From Chloroflexota bacterium (GTDB lineage Bacteria; Chloroflexota; UBA11872; VXNJ01), in the NCBI GenBank assembly GCA_965261345.1, contig OZ253449.1:1120001-1184000 (forward strand): a stretch of 64,000 bases of DNA, given 5' to 3'. The stretch's first letter is position 1; each line of letters starts with the position of its first letter. The notes beneath the pieces were generated by a model that was given only the letters and a program-made list of their open reading frames with translations, was not told where the DNA came from and searched no databases. The translations under genes were made by a program, and so were the position numbers. This document shows positions 18,612-29,398 of this stretch, one piece after another.

Positions 18612-20147
18612 TTGATGCGGCCCGGCGACGGGAGCGCCAATCCACCCAGCTTCCTGCTGATCATCTATGACCAGCTCTCGGCGGTTTGGCTTGAGGCCGG
18701 TCTGCGCGGGGCGGCCGATCTGCCCAACTTTGCCCGCCTCGGACAGCAGGGCACCTATTTCCCGCAGTGCTTTTCCAGCAATCCGGTCTGCTGTCCCGCC
18801 CGCGCCACGATAGCTACCGGCCTGCGCTCCTGTGGGCACGGTGTAACCCAGCTGGGATACCAGCTCAACCCGGCCGTGCCAACCTTCATGCGGCAATTGA
18901 GCGAGGCCGGTTGGCATACCGCCGCCTGCGGCAAGGTGCACCTGCGCGCCCACCTCGAGAGCCTCTACCCCGACTATCTGCAATACGGGTTCAGGGAGCA
19001 GCACATCACCGAGGACCCGCGTGGCGGGTCCTGGCTTGATTGGGTGCGATCACGCCACCCCGAACACTTTCGGGCGGCGCTGCGAACGGTCGGGGGGAAA
19101 AACCTCCCCGAGTATTCCAGCTACGGACCGCAGCGGGAAGATTTGACCGAGCTGATGGCCGATCTCCCAACGCTGGGCGGTACCTATGAGTTGCCGTTCC
19201 CCGAGCAGGCCTCGCAATCCAACTGGATTACCGACCGCGCCGTCGACCAGATCCTGGACCAACCGGCGGGAGCTCCCCTCCTATGCCAGGTCGGCTACGT
19301 CCAGCCCCATAACCCCTATGCGCCGCCGCGCGGGTACCGGCGCTTCGTCAACATGGACCTGGTGCCGGCCCCCTTGGCAGCGGAATGGCATCAGGCGCCG
19401 CTGGCTACCGGGGCCTTTGCGACCCGCGCCCGCCGGGCCGAAGAATTTGAGTGGAAAAGTTCGCGCGAACACTACTTCGCCGATCTGGTCCACCTGGACC
19501 GCCAGCTCGGCAGGATGCTGGATGCGCTGGAGGATTCAGGGCGCGCCGCCGATACGTACGTGTTGGCGCTGGCTGATCATGGCGACCTGCTTCTCGATCA
19601 CGGGCTGATCTTTAAGGACGCGTTTCACTACGATGCCTGTGTTCGGGTTCCGCTGTTTATTTCCGGTCCCGGACTGGAACGCGATCAGGTGCGCGGTGAA
19701 ATCGTCCAGCTGGAGGACATCTACCCGACGATCCTGGATGCGGCCGGTCTGGACCCGGCCGGTCCAGATGAGCATTACACCGTCCCCGACCAGCCGGCGG
19801 TCCCATTCAGCCCCGGGAGGTCGCTGTTGCCGCTGGCCTCCGGCAAGCCGGTTGACGGCTGGCGCGATGCCGCCTTTATCGAGTCCTACAACAACATGGA
19901 TTCGCGGCGGCCCAGTTTCTGGGTACGAACGATTCGAACCGCCGACGCCCGTTACAGCGTATATGGAGATGGGGGCGGCGAGCAGCTCTTTGACCTTGCG
20001 GCCGATCCCGACGAGCAAATCAATCTGGCAACCTTGGGTTCGGCGGGCGGTCTGCGCCAGCAACTGCGCGACCGATTACTCGACCACTTAATTACCGAGC
20101 AGTACCCTCATTCACCGCGCGATCTGTTCAAGCTCGGCGCCCACTAA
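18612..20147 (+). CDS. Formylglycine-dependent sulfatase-like hydrolase
   Basis: VCCPARATIATG (CxPxR), GKVH, QPH, ADHGD, QLFDLAADPDEQINL. Confidence 0.92.
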   Translation: MMRPGDGSANPPSFLLIIYDQLSAVWLEAGLRGAADLPNFARLGQQGTYFPQCFSSNPVCCPARATIATGLRSCGHGVTQLGYQLNPAVPTFMRQLSEAGWHTAACGKVHLRAHLESLYPDYLQYGFREQHITEDPRGGSWLDWVRSRHPEHFRAALRTVGGKNLPEYSSYGPQREDLTELMADLPTLGGTYELPFPEQASQSNWITDRAVDQILDQPAGAPLLCQVGYVQPHNPYAPPRGYRRFVNMDLVPAPLAAEWHQAPLATGAFATRARRAEEFEWKSSREHYFADLVHLDRQLGRMLDALEDSGRAADTYVLALADHGDLLLDHGLIFKDAFHYDACVRVPLFISGPGLERDQVRGEIVQLEDIYPTILDAAGLDPAGPDEHYTVPDQPAVPFSPGRSLLPLASGKPVDGWRDAAFIESYNNMDSRRPSFWVRTIRTADARYSVYGDGGGEQLFDLAADPDEQINLATLGSAGGLRQQLRDRLLDHLITEQYPHSPRDLFKLGAH

Positions 20148-20195
20148 ACGACCGCTGCCGGTTGGCGGTGGCATCAGCTATTTGGGAAATCGACA

Positions 20196-21029
20196 TTGAA
20201 TCTGAAACTGACCCGCGGCCGCGTCTTCGCCGCCGCCGCCGTGCTGCTGGTCATTGCGGCCGCGGCAACATTCAACTTCTGGTGGAGCCAAGGGTCGCCC
20301 GAACCATCCGGCCCGACCCTGGCCCCGACCCTGCAAGTTGCCAGCCCGACGCCAACCGCGCCGCCGATCGTCCAATTGACAAAGACCCCGCCGGCGGGCG
20401 GCGGCGCGGACGCGCCCGACCTGGAACCAGCCCCTACCGCGACTCCCGATTCCCGCCCCACGGCGTCCGCCCGTTCGGCCGAAGCCGCACTTTACCGGAT
20501 CGGAACTGGAAGCGGGACCGCGAGCTTTGCCGTAAATGAAATCCTCAATGACGAACCGTATACCGCGGTTGGCCTAACCGGCGAAGTGGCCGGCGACTTC
20601 ATCATCGACTTTGGCGACCCCCAGGCCTCGGAATTGGGAACGATCGTGGTCAACGCCCGCACCTTCGTCACCGATTCGAGCTTTCGCGATCGGGCGATTC
20701 GCAATGCCATCCTGCAATCGAGCCAGGACCGTTACGAGTTCATTTCCTTCAGTCCGACCAGGCTAAACGGGATTCCCGACCAGATCGCGATCGGCCAGAC
20801 TATTGAAATTGAAATCGTTGGCGACCTGACAATCCGCGATATCATCCTCCCTGCCACCTGGCTGGCCAGCGTTACCATCGAGTCCGAGCAGCAGATCTCG
20901 GCCCGCGCCGATACCCGGGTCCTTAGGTCGGACTTTGGACTGGAAATTCCCAGCGTGCCTGCGGTGGCCGGGGTCGATGACGAAGTTGCCCTCACCATCG
21001 AATTTTCCGCCCAGCGGGTCGAGCAGTAA
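20196..21029 (+). CDS. YceI family protein with N-terminal membrane anchor and Pro/Thr-rich linker
   Basis: ASFAVNE, TDSSFRD, ISFSPT, GDLTIRD, RSDFGL motifs. Confidence 0.85.
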   Translation: MNLKLTRGRVFAAAAVLLVIAAAATFNFWWSQGSPEPSGPTLAPTLQVASPTPTAPPIVQLTKTPPAGGGADAPDLEPAPTATPDSRPTASARSAEAALYRIGTGSGTASFAVNEILNDEPYTAVGLTGEVAGDFIIDFGDPQASELGTIVVNARTFVTDSSFRDRAIRNAILQSSQDRYEFISFSPTRLNGIPDQIAIGQTIEIEIVGDLTIRDIILPATWLASVTIESEQQISARADTRVLRSDFGLEIPSVPAVAGVDDEVALTIEFSAQRVEQ

Positions 21030-21064
21030 CTGTCAAATTACCCTGGAAACCGCGGCTGGTGCGC

Positions 21065-23662
21065 CTAAGCCGCGACCGTTAGGTTCACCGTACTACCGGC
21101 TGTAACGACCAGCGGGGAGGCGAAATCTACCGCGCCGGCGCCGGAAAGCGAAAAGCGCGACAGTTCGACTTTCCCCTCGATGCAGGAGAGCGCGATATGC
21201 CAAGCCGCCTCCCTGCGCTCAATTCGGCAGCGGCCAAAAGCCGTCCCGTTTGACCAAAAGGCATGCTGGTCGGTAGCGGCGAACCGCATCCTCCTAGAAA
21301 CCCCGGAATAGTCAAATCCGAACAGGGCCAAGCTTGCCCCCCAGACCGCCATCGCCCGGGCATAGTGGTGGCCACACTCGGCCTCATCAAAAGGGTTGCG
21401 CCGCAATCCGTCATAGCGGCGACGGACCGCCTCGATCACCTCGAGCCCGTCGTCGACCTGGCCCTCCAGCAACATCCCCACCGCTGCCGTGTACTCAAAA
21501 CCGGTCATTACTTCGTTGCAGTAAGGGAACGGCCGTGTCGGGCGATTACCGTTCGGCCAGGTGGCCATCAATAGCGCCGATTCGTCGTTTAGAACATACG
21601 AGCGCATGTGATTGAAGTGGTGGTAAAAGTCACTCCGCCAGTTGTAGCGCTTAATCGACCGGTGGGCGGTGGCCACGTTTTCGCTATCGAGCAGGTAGCC
21701 AAGCCCGTTTAGGTGGGCAAAGAACTGGCCGACCAGCTGGTCGACTAGGCAGCCTGGTCCCAGCTGCAACTCAGGGTCGGAAAGGTCCCTGGCACCCATC
21801 TCGGGATGGCGCAGCCCCGGGGCGATCGCGCCGGCGTCGGGAATCGGAATCACCTGCTGTTCGTAGTACTGGCCATTAAACAGGTTGGCGTCCGTCCAGG
21901 CGCTCCCGCGTACAAACAGCGCCCGGCATCGATCGGCAAATTCGTTATCGCCCAAATGTCGGGCCATCTCCTCGCCCGCCCGCAGGGCGCCCAGGTACCA
22001 GCCCTGCATCTGTGGATTGGGGCCGTAGTACTCCACATCCATGGTGTTGTGCTGGCAGCCCTCCATTACTCCATCCTCATCGCCGTCCCAGCCGCCCCGG
22101 ATCCAGCAGAACTCCAGCGCCCGGCGGCCCGCCGGGTACAGCTCGGAGAGGAAGTCGTCGTCGCCCGATAGGCGCCACTCGCGATAGAGCTTCATCACGC
22201 ACCCCATCTGGCCGTCGGCGGCGGCGATTCCGAATTCATTGGCCCGCTCGGCCAGCGGCAGCAGCACCCTAAAGGACATCAGGCCGTTGTCGGCGAGCGA
22301 ATGGGCGAACTCGACCCGGCGCATGCTGTGCGCCAGATCGGAGAACAGGAAAGCCAGCGATTGCTCGTAATTCCAGACATGGGTGCAGGATCCAGGGCAA
22401 CAGCCAACCTGATCGCTGCAGCCCTCCCACCCGTAAAAATTCCCGTCCGGGGTGCGAAAGCAGGTCTGGGTCTTAAGGGTGGAGAGATTAAACAGGCAGG
22501 CCTCCTTGACCGCGGCCGGCAGATCGGTCCCGCAAAATGCCTTCACAAACTCCAGGGTTCGGACCTCCAGGGCCTGGAGCTGTCCAGCCGCCGCCACGGC
22601 CGCCGACCAAGCGTCCTCGAACCGGGTGGAATAGTAGTTGCCGATCCAGTCCGGATCGCCTTCCTGACCGCAGCAGGATTCGTCCCCGGCTTGCCCGCAG
22701 CAGGTCGGGGCTGCTGCTTGCCCGCAGCAGCCCGATTCGGCGGTCCGGTGCATGTCCCAGGTCAGGCGGTTGGGGAAGTGCCAGGCCAGCAGGAAGGTGA
22801 CCGACGCCTCGTGCCCCGGGGCCACCTCGACCGGGACGGCCAATGACGCGATCGGCAGTTGCGGACCCAATGCGGGCTCGGTCAGCTGTCCGGCGGCGGA
22901 GAATTCGTCCCAGAAATCGAGCAGCGAGTCGCCCCAATTCAGATCCTTCCAAGCGGTCCGGAAGCTGGCCCCGGGGTTGGTGGTGGCCAGCGCCAGGCTG
23001 CCCCATTGCTCGGCCGTCGGGTCCAGTTCGGGGGCATCCATGAAAATCCCGGTCAGGCCCGTCGACCGGCGGAAGCGGTTTCGGTTCGCACCTGGCTGGC
23101 CAAAGGCCCCATCGGTGCCGATGAAGTTCTCCAGGCTGCCGCAAACCGATGCGCAAAGGATTTGGTCGCCCTCGTTGGCAACCACGAATCGAAGCATCGC
23201 AAACGGCATTCCACTGGCCTCGGAATCGCCCGGGATCAGCGGATTGAAAGCCTCGATGCGAACTGAGGCCGGAACCTGCGGATCCGACAGGCACACCTGC
23301 CCCAACGGGTAGGCGGCGTGGAAGGAGCATTCCCGCCAGTGGGGCAGCCCGTGATTGGGCACGGTCGCCCCGGAGGCCCCTTCAAAATCGGCCGCCTCGA
23401 TCGCCCCCTCCAGCGCCAGGGTGATCGGATCCTGGCCTTGCGGGGCCAGACGGATGGCAAAAAAGGTGGCGCTGCCCCTGCCGCCTCGCGGCGAAAAGCC
23501 CTTGGCCGGGCGATTGACGATCTCCCAGTCGCGCAGTTGGCCGCGTCCACCCAGACTCACGCTGCCGGTGCCGATGCCGCCGATCGGCATGCCGATCGCC
23601 CTCAGTCGGTCCTGGGGGTAGCTGCGCAGCACTGGCCAATTGGAATTTGTTGGGAGCGGCAT
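21065..23662 (-). CDS. GH116 glycoside hydrolase (non-lysosomal glucosylceramidase-like)
   Basis: GMPIGGIGTG, DWEI, GWEG-C-CCPGSCTHVWNY, AADGQ, QHNTMD, DQLVGQ, EVMTG, ECGHHYARAM. Confidence 0.92.
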   Translation of the reverse strand: MPLPTNSNWPVLRSYPQDRLRAIGMPIGGIGTGSVSLGGRGQLRDWEIVNRPAKGFSPRGGRGSATFFAIRLAPQGQDPITLALEGAIEAADFEGASGATVPNHGLPHWRECSFHAAYPLGQVCLSDPQVPASVRIEAFNPLIPGDSEASGMPFAMLRFVVANEGDQILCASVCGSLENFIGTDGAFGQPGANRNRFRRSTGLTGIFMDAPELDPTAEQWGSLALATTNPGASFRTAWKDLNWGDSLLDFWDEFSAAGQLTEPALGPQLPIASLAVPVEVAPGHEASVTFLLAWHFPNRLTWDMHRTAESGCCGQAAAPTCCGQAGDESCCGQEGDPDWIGNYYSTRFEDAWSAAVAAAGQLQALEVRTLEFVKAFCGTDLPAAVKEACLFNLSTLKTQTCFRTPDGNFYGWEGCSDQVGCCPGSCTHVWNYEQSLAFLFSDLAHSMRRVEFAHSLADNGLMSFRVLLPLAERANEFGIAAADGQMGCVMKLYREWRLSGDDDFLSELYPAGRRALEFCWIRGGWDGDEDGVMEGCQHNTMDVEYYGPNPQMQGWYLGALRAGEEMARHLGDNEFADRCRALFVRGSAWTDANLFNGQYYEQQVIPIPDAGAIAPGLRHPEMGARDLSDPELQLGPGCLVDQLVGQFFAHLNGLGYLLDSENVATAHRSIKRYNWRSDFYHHFNHMRSYVLNDESALLMATWPNGNRPTRPFPYCNEVMTGFEYTAAVGMLLEGQVDDGLEVIEAVRRRYDGLRRNPFDEAECGHHYARAMAVWGASLALFGFDYSGVSRRMRFAATDQHAFWSNGTAFGRCRIERREAAWHIALSCIEGKVELSRFSLSGAGAVDFASPLVVTAGSTVNLTVAA
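22664..22730 (-). repeat. Three 27-bp-period repeats encoding CCGQ units inside GH116
   Basis: gcttgcccgcagcag at 22689-22703 and 22716-22730, variant at 22664-22676; protein GCCGQAAAPTCCGQAGDESCCGQ. Confidence 0.85.
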
Positions 23663-23831
23663 CAACGGTCCCTGCTCTGGGAGGAATGGAATTGCGTCGT
23701 TCTTAGCAGGTTAGGCTCCGCCGCCCACCGATGTGCGACGGGCCAACTAGAATCACCGCGACCGAACCGAGGGAGCCTGCTGGCTGGCGGATTCGGCGTA
23801 AATCTCCAGAGTCCAAATTGCATCAATATAA

Positions 23832-24275
23832 ATGGCTAGTTGGCGCACGTCTGAGTGGGTGGAAGCATCCCCGAAGACGGTGTTTGCAGCATTGACCGAC
23901 TTCGAAAACGGCGACAAATGGTCCAACGACATCGTCTCCGCCGAGAAGATCACTCCCGGGCCGGTTGGCCTGGGCACCAGATTTCGTGAAATCCGCAGAA
24001 TTAACGGGCGCCAGGCCACCGCGGTGATTGAGGTGAGCGCATTCGAGCAGGGGCGCAGCTACTCCGCCGAATCGCGGGCTATGGGCATGACATGTTCCTA
24101 TCACTACGCTCTGACTGAGGAATGCGGCGGGACCCGCATCGACCTTGAGATGGAGGTTTCCGGCAACCTGCTGATGCTACCGATGCGCAGATTCATGCTG
24201 TCGGTCCTTAAAAAATCCGATGCTGGGCACCTCAAGACATTTAAGTCCGCGATCGAATCAATACCGGCACAATAA
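23832..24275 (+). CDS. SRPBCC (START-like) family protein
   Basis: VEASPKTVFAALTD...W...GPVGLGTRF...GGTRI...C-terminal helix. Confidence 0.85.
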   Translation: MASWRTSEWVEASPKTVFAALTDFENGDKWSNDIVSAEKITPGPVGLGTRFREIRRINGRQATAVIEVSAFEQGRSYSAESRAMGMTCSYHYALTEECGGTRIDLEMEVSGNLLMLPMRRFMLSVLKKSDAGHLKTFKSAIESIPAQ

Positions 24276-24351
24276 CTTAGCCAACAGCTAGTCGGTTAGC
24301 GCAAAAGTGGGAGCATCATTGCCCCCAGCCCGCACCCGGGGTGCCAGACCA

Positions 24352-25548
24352 ATGTCGCCGTTCGACGCCCTCTCCCAGCGCGGGTTCGTAGCCCTCTGGC
24401 TATCGACCGGGATCAATCACTCCGGTCAGTTCCTGCGCGGGACGATCCAGAGCTGGCTGGTTCTGCAGTTGACCAATTCCTCAGCCTGGGTCGGAGTGGT
24501 CAACGGGTTTCCGGTGCTCGTGAGCGCCCCACTTTCGTTTTTGGCAGGCGCCCTCGCCGACCGGTCCGATCCGCGCCGGATCCTGCTGTGGACGCGCGCG
24601 GCGACCTCATTTTTCTGTTTTGTGACCGCTTATGCGATAACCGCCGGGTTTGTCAACGTCTATCTACTGGTGGTGTTGGCGACCATCCTCAACGCTTCCT
24701 ACTACCTATCCTTCCCTTCCAACCAGATCTTCATCGTGGCCCTGGTCGGACCCGAACGCCTCCTGGCCGCCAATGCCTTGATCAATGGGGTCGGCTTTGG
24801 CCTCAACTTCATCCTCCCTTCGGCGGCCGGTTACATGGCCGCCGAGTTCGGGATCGATTCGATCTACTACGCGCTGGGAATCGGCTATCTGGTGGCGCTG
24901 GTGGCGGTCTATTTCACGCCGGCCAATACGGCCGTTGAACGGTCGCCGGGCGGAAATTTGATCCGGCAGGTATTGGCTGGAATCGCCTACGTTAAGACCC
25001 GGCCCGGATTGGCCTGGATCTTCTACATTGCCTTGCTCTCGATAACGGGATCCGGCTTCATGGCCATCCTGCCGGCGATGGCACGTGATGAACTGGGGCT
25101 CAGTGCCGCCGGCTTTGGACTCATAGCCGGCAGCCAGGGAGTCGGCAGCCTGGTCGGCTCGGGGATCCTGCTGGCCCGCGGTGAGATCAAACGCAAGGGG
25201 GTCGCGATGCTGACGGGAGCGCTCATCTGGGCCACCGGGATGATTGCCATCGGACTTTCAACCGAGCTCTGGCAGGCGGTCCTGGCAGGGGTAATGATGG
25301 GTTTTTCACCGCCGCTGTGGATGAATTCGGTCCAAACCGTGATCATGACCGCGGTCCCGCCCAATATGCGCGGCCGGATGGCCTCACTCTTTGCCTTGAC
25401 CTTCCAGATGGTTCCGCTGGGCTACCTGGTCGGCGGAATCGTGGCTGACCGGGTCGGGCCTGCGAACGCCCTCATGATCCTTGGTACGGTCGGCATATTA
25501 CTGCACCTTCCCCCGCTGTCATCGCGCGAATTTCGCGAGATCGGCTAG
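24352..25548 (+). CDS. MFS transporter (H+ antiporter-like)
   Basis: 12 hydrophobic segments; WLVLQLT, AGALADR, VPPNMRGR. Confidence 0.92.
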   Translation: MSPFDALSQRGFVALWLSTGINHSGQFLRGTIQSWLVLQLTNSSAWVGVVNGFPVLVSAPLSFLAGALADRSDPRRILLWTRAATSFFCFVTAYAITAGFVNVYLLVVLATILNASYYLSFPSNQIFIVALVGPERLLAANALINGVGFGLNFILPSAAGYMAAEFGIDSIYYALGIGYLVALVAVYFTPANTAVERSPGGNLIRQVLAGIAYVKTRPGLAWIFYIALLSITGSGFMAILPAMARDELGLSAAGFGLIAGSQGVGSLVGSGILLARGEIKRKGVAMLTGALIWATGMIAIGLSTELWQAVLAGVMMGFSPPLWMNSVQTVIMTAVPPNMRGRMASLFALTFQMVPLGYLVGGIVADRVGPANALMILGTVGILLHLPPLSSREFREIG

Positions 25549-25562
25549 CTGGCCGCCCCGAC

Positions 25563-27533
25563 TCAAGCGGGCTCGGCGGGCGGGCGGTGTCGCGGCATCC
25601 AGACAGCCATCTGGACCGCGGCGTCACGATTGTCCCAGGCAAAGTAGGGGATCGCCTTCAGCCGCGTCGGATCGGGATCGGGTCTGGGGGCGTCGGCCGG
25701 CCGGTACAGAAAGGCCCCATCCGAATTGGCAACCAGGGCTGGCGCCTCAAGGGTAACCACACCACCGAGCAGCTCTTCCCGGTGCTCAATCTCGACCTCG
25801 CCACTTGCGAGTCCGGCCGGGAGCCGCAGCTGGCGCAAATTGATTCCGGGATTGTCAGACCCTTCGATCGCATAGACGACCGGGCCCCGCTTTAGGGCCA
25901 CGCTGTCACGGGCCTCTGCCACCGCCGGATCGGCGACCAGCATTTCGACCGGCATCGCGAGCGACAGCAGGATCTCGTCGCCAGGCCGCCATTCACGCTC
26001 AATTTCGAGGTATTGACCAGGGACCGCGCTCAGCGGCCGGCCGGCCAACTCGGCGCTGGCCGCGCGGGCCCAACCCGGGATGCGCAGGTGGAGGCGGATC
26101 CGCGCCGCCGGGGCCTCCCGGATGGTCAGCGAGATCCGGCCGTCCCAGGGGTAATCGGTTTGCTGGCTAAGGCGCAGGCGCCCATCGGCCAGCCCAACGT
26201 CCAATTCGCTCTGACCGTACATGTGCACCCAGAGGGCATTGGGGCCGGTCGAATAGAAGTAGGCCGGCAACTGGGCGATGCTGCGGGTCAGATTGGGCGG
26301 ACAGCAGGCGACTCGGTACATATGGCGATATTCCGGCCGATCAACCCAGAACCATTCCTGCCGGGTGGGAGCCGAAAGCCAACTGTGATAGTACTCGTAG
26401 TCGTGGCGGGCCGGCGTGAGGGCGGGTCGCCAGGGGTCAAAGTAGCCACGCCCGCTCGACTGCAGCGGGTTGTCGTAGAAAAAACGATTTCCCTCGAGGT
26501 TGACCCCGCAGAGGATCGAATTGTGCCAGCAGAGCTCCATCAGGTCGGCGAAGCGAGCCTGGCCGGAAACCTGCAGGGCCCGCAGGCTCCACATCGCCGA
26601 GCCGATCGCCGCGCAAGTCTCGGCATATCCGTGTTCATGCGGCAGTTCGTATTCGTGCCCCATCGCCTCGCCCAGGCGCCGCCCGCCGATGGCCCCGGTC
26701 ACGTACATCTTGCGGGTCACCATATCCTGCCAGAGCCGTTCACTGGTCTTCCAGTAGTGCTCCTGGCCAGTTTCGGCGTAAGCGTCGACGATTGCGCAGG
26801 CCAGGAACGCGATCTGGACTGAATGGCCGGCGATCTCGGGAAATTCAAGTGCTCCGACCTGATCGATAAAGTAGCGCGCCAGCTGCAGATAGGCGCGCTT
26901 GCCGGTTACCCGATAAAGCTCGATCAGGGCCATCTCGACCTCCGGATGCGAGGGTCGCATGGTGTTGCCGCCGGGCAGAAAAACCTCGCACATGTGATCG
27001 GCCGCCCGCCGAGCCAGTCGCAGATAGCGGTCCGATCCGGTGGCGCGGTGGTGGGCGACGCCCGCCTGAATCATGTGGCCGGTTGCGTAGAGCTCGTTTA
27101 AGGCCCCGTCGCGCCAGCGTCGGTCGGCCAGTTGACGGGGCGCCAGGTTGGCATGCAAATATCCGTCAAAATCGGCCGCCGGTTCGATTACCTCCAAGCC
27201 CTCCTCGATCCAGCGATGGGTTCGCGGGTCGTGATCGTGGGCAAGCGAGCTGGCGGCCGCCTCCAGCGTGCGGTGCAGGTTGGCCTCGCGCCCCCGCCTG
27301 GACCCGGCGGGCGGCTGGTCGGGAGCGTAAGTGGGGTCGCCGGCCCGACGAAATTTATCGAATAGGTCCTCGCGCACATGCTCGAAAACGTGCGGGATCG
27401 TAGCCTGCCAGTTGGTCGCAAAAACCCTACCCCAAAGGCCGCCGGTAAGCCGTACCGCCGACAGCGGCACCGGGGTCATCAACCCCTTGGGACTGGCCGC
27501 GTAGTCGATTAGGAGGGGGCCGTCGGCATTCAT
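25563..27533 (-). CDS. GH127 glycoside hydrolase (beta-L-arabinofuranosidase-like)
   Basis: ELYATGH, HPEVEMAL, GHSV, KMYVTGAIG, YAETCA and CCPPN Zn/Cys catalytic motifs, TDYPWDG, LRIPGW, IPYFAWDNR. Confidence 0.92.
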   Translation of the reverse strand: MNADGPLLIDYAASPKGLMTPVPLSAVRLTGGLWGRVFATNWQATIPHVFEHVREDLFDKFRRAGDPTYAPDQPPAGSRRGREANLHRTLEAAASSLAHDHDPRTHRWIEEGLEVIEPAADFDGYLHANLAPRQLADRRWRDGALNELYATGHMIQAGVAHHRATGSDRYLRLARRAADHMCEVFLPGGNTMRPSHPEVEMALIELYRVTGKRAYLQLARYFIDQVGALEFPEIAGHSVQIAFLACAIVDAYAETGQEHYWKTSERLWQDMVTRKMYVTGAIGGRRLGEAMGHEYELPHEHGYAETCAAIGSAMWSLRALQVSGQARFADLMELCWHNSILCGVNLEGNRFFYDNPLQSSGRGYFDPWRPALTPARHDYEYYHSWLSAPTRQEWFWVDRPEYRHMYRVACCPPNLTRSIAQLPAYFYSTGPNALWVHMYGQSELDVGLADGRLRLSQQTDYPWDGRISLTIREAPAARIRLHLRIPGWARAASAELAGRPLSAVPGQYLEIEREWRPGDEILLSLAMPVEMLVADPAVAEARDSVALKRGPVVYAIEGSDNPGINLRQLRLPAGLASGEVEIEHREELLGGVVTLEAPALVANSDGAFLYRPADAPRPDPDPTRLKAIPYFAWDNRDAAVQMAVWMPRHRPPAEPA

Positions 27534-27678
27534 CTGCTGTCCGCCTGATATATCCGTGCGTTGCGCCAGGCCCATTATCCGGATGGCTTGGGCGCTAAAT
27601 ATTCCAATTGACGGCAAAATTTGGAGTGGCCGCAATTTGTCGGCCGCTCAATCTCGACCACCGCAAAAGTAACGCTTC

Positions 27679-29313
27679 ATGCCATCGCGCCAACCAAACA
27701 TCGTGCTCATCTTGGCCGACGACATGGGGTTCTCCGACATCGGCTGCTTCGGTTCGGAAATCTCCACGCCAACCCTGGATCGGCTGGCCAGCGGCGGAGT
27801 GCGTTTTTCGCAGTTTTACAACTACGCCCGCTGTTGTCCCACCCGGGCCGCGATCCTGACCGGCCGCCACCCCCATCAGGTCGGGGTGGGGCACATGACT
27901 ACCGACTTCGGGCTAGCTCCCTACCAGGGACACCTCAACGACAACTGCGTAACCGTCGCCGAATCGCTTAAAACCGCCGGTTACAAGACCTTCATGTCGG
28001 GCAAGTGGCACGTTGGCGGCGATCATCCCGAAAGCGGCTGGGAGGCCGGTGACGCAACCCACCCCACCCCGTACACACGGGGATTCGACCAGCACTACGG
28101 AATCCTCACCGGCGGTGGGAGCTACTACGACCCGATAACCCTGGTCCGCAATGATGTGTCGGTCGCGGTGGCGCCCGAAGATGACTATTTCTTAACTGAC
28201 GCCATTGCCGACGAAGCCCTCACGATGATTGATGGCTGCGGCGGAGAGGGCGACCCTTTCTTCCTCTACATGGCCTTTACCGCCCCGCATTGGCCGCTGC
28301 ATGCCAGTCCCGAAGACATCGCCAAATACCAGGGGCGCTATGAATACGGCTGGGATGAGCTGCGCAAAAGGCGCCACGAAGAGCTCAAGGGCTTGGGGGT
28401 GCTGGACTCGCGATGGCCGATCGCCCCTCGCAACGAGCTTTCCACCGCCTGGGAAAACAGCCCGCGGCAGGCTTGGGAGGCTGAACGGATGGCAGTTTAC
28501 GCGGCCCAGATCGAGTGCCTGGACCGCAATATCGGACGGGTGGTGACCCACCTTGACCGGGCCGGTATCCGTGACGATACGTTGATAGTGTTCCTGTCCG
28601 ACAACGGCGGTTGCGCCGAGTTCCTGCACGAGGACGGACACATCGAGATTTGCCCGACGCAGACCCTCGATGGACGACCGGTGACCTACGGAAACCGCTT
28701 TGCGGCCACCCCGGGGCCCGAAGAGTCCTTCATGAGTTACGACCTGCCCTGGGCCAACGCATCCAACACCCCCTTCCGGCTGTTTAAGCACTACGTCCAC
28801 GAGGGTGGAATCTCGACCCCATTCGTCGCCAATTGGCCGGCGGCGATTCCTCCAGGCGGAATCGTCCATTCGCCCGCCCACATCCTCGATTTGCTGCCCA
28901 CCTTCAACGCCGCCGCCGGGGCCGATTACGCGGCGGCGGCCGGTGGGCGCGACATACCGCTTGAAGGCGAGAGTCTTATCGCCCCGCTGACCGGGCAGCA
29001 GTGGAACCGCGAGCGGCCGATCTTTATCGAGCACGAAGGGCACTGCTGCGTCCGCGACGGCGACTGGAAGCTGGTCCGCCGCCACCCCGGCCCCTGGGAG
29101 CTCTACAACCTTGAGCTCGACCGGACCGAGCTCTACGACCTGGCCGAGAGTGAAAAAGGGCGGGTGGCGGCCATGAGCCTGCAATTTGACGAGTTCGCGA
29201 ACCGCGTCGGGGCGATCTCGGGCGCAGAATTCGACCGGCTGGTTGCCAAATCGGGCTGGGCCGCAAATGACAACGCGGTCCAGGCGTCGCGCCCGGGCGG
29301 TTTCGCCCAATGA
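27679..29313 (+). CDS. Arylsulfatase (paralog 1)
   Basis: PNIVLILADDMG, RCCPTRA, GKWH, APHWPL, SDNG, HEGGISTP, ELYNL; no signal peptide. Confidence 0.95.
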   Translation: MPSRQPNIVLILADDMGFSDIGCFGSEISTPTLDRLASGGVRFSQFYNYARCCPTRAAILTGRHPHQVGVGHMTTDFGLAPYQGHLNDNCVTVAESLKTAGYKTFMSGKWHVGGDHPESGWEAGDATHPTPYTRGFDQHYGILTGGGSYYDPITLVRNDVSVAVAPEDDYFLTDAIADEALTMIDGCGGEGDPFFLYMAFTAPHWPLHASPEDIAKYQGRYEYGWDELRKRRHEELKGLGVLDSRWPIAPRNELSTAWENSPRQAWEAERMAVYAAQIECLDRNIGRVVTHLDRAGIRDDTLIVFLSDNGGCAEFLHEDGHIEICPTQTLDGRPVTYGNRFAATPGPEESFMSYDLPWANASNTPFRLFKHYVHEGGISTPFVANWPAAIPPGGIVHSPAHILDLLPTFNAAAGADYAAAAGGRDIPLEGESLIAPLTGQQWNRERPIFIEHEGHCCVRDGDWKLVRRHPGPWELYNLELDRTELYDLAESEKGRVAAMSLQFDEFANRVGAISGAEFDRLVAKSGWAANDNAVQASRPGGFAQ

Positions 29314-29398
29314 TCCGGCCGTCATGCGGCTGCGCCCAAGGCGGACCAGAGGCTATCATGCTTGACGCATGTTGTTGTGGTTGCAAAGGATTGGGCGC

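Noticed and set aside
28192-29325. Long antisense ORFs (e.g. 377 aa here; also 51621..52496 and 41997..42872 in an alternative frame)
   Set aside because: Shadow frames of well-supported genes, caused by high-GC codon bias
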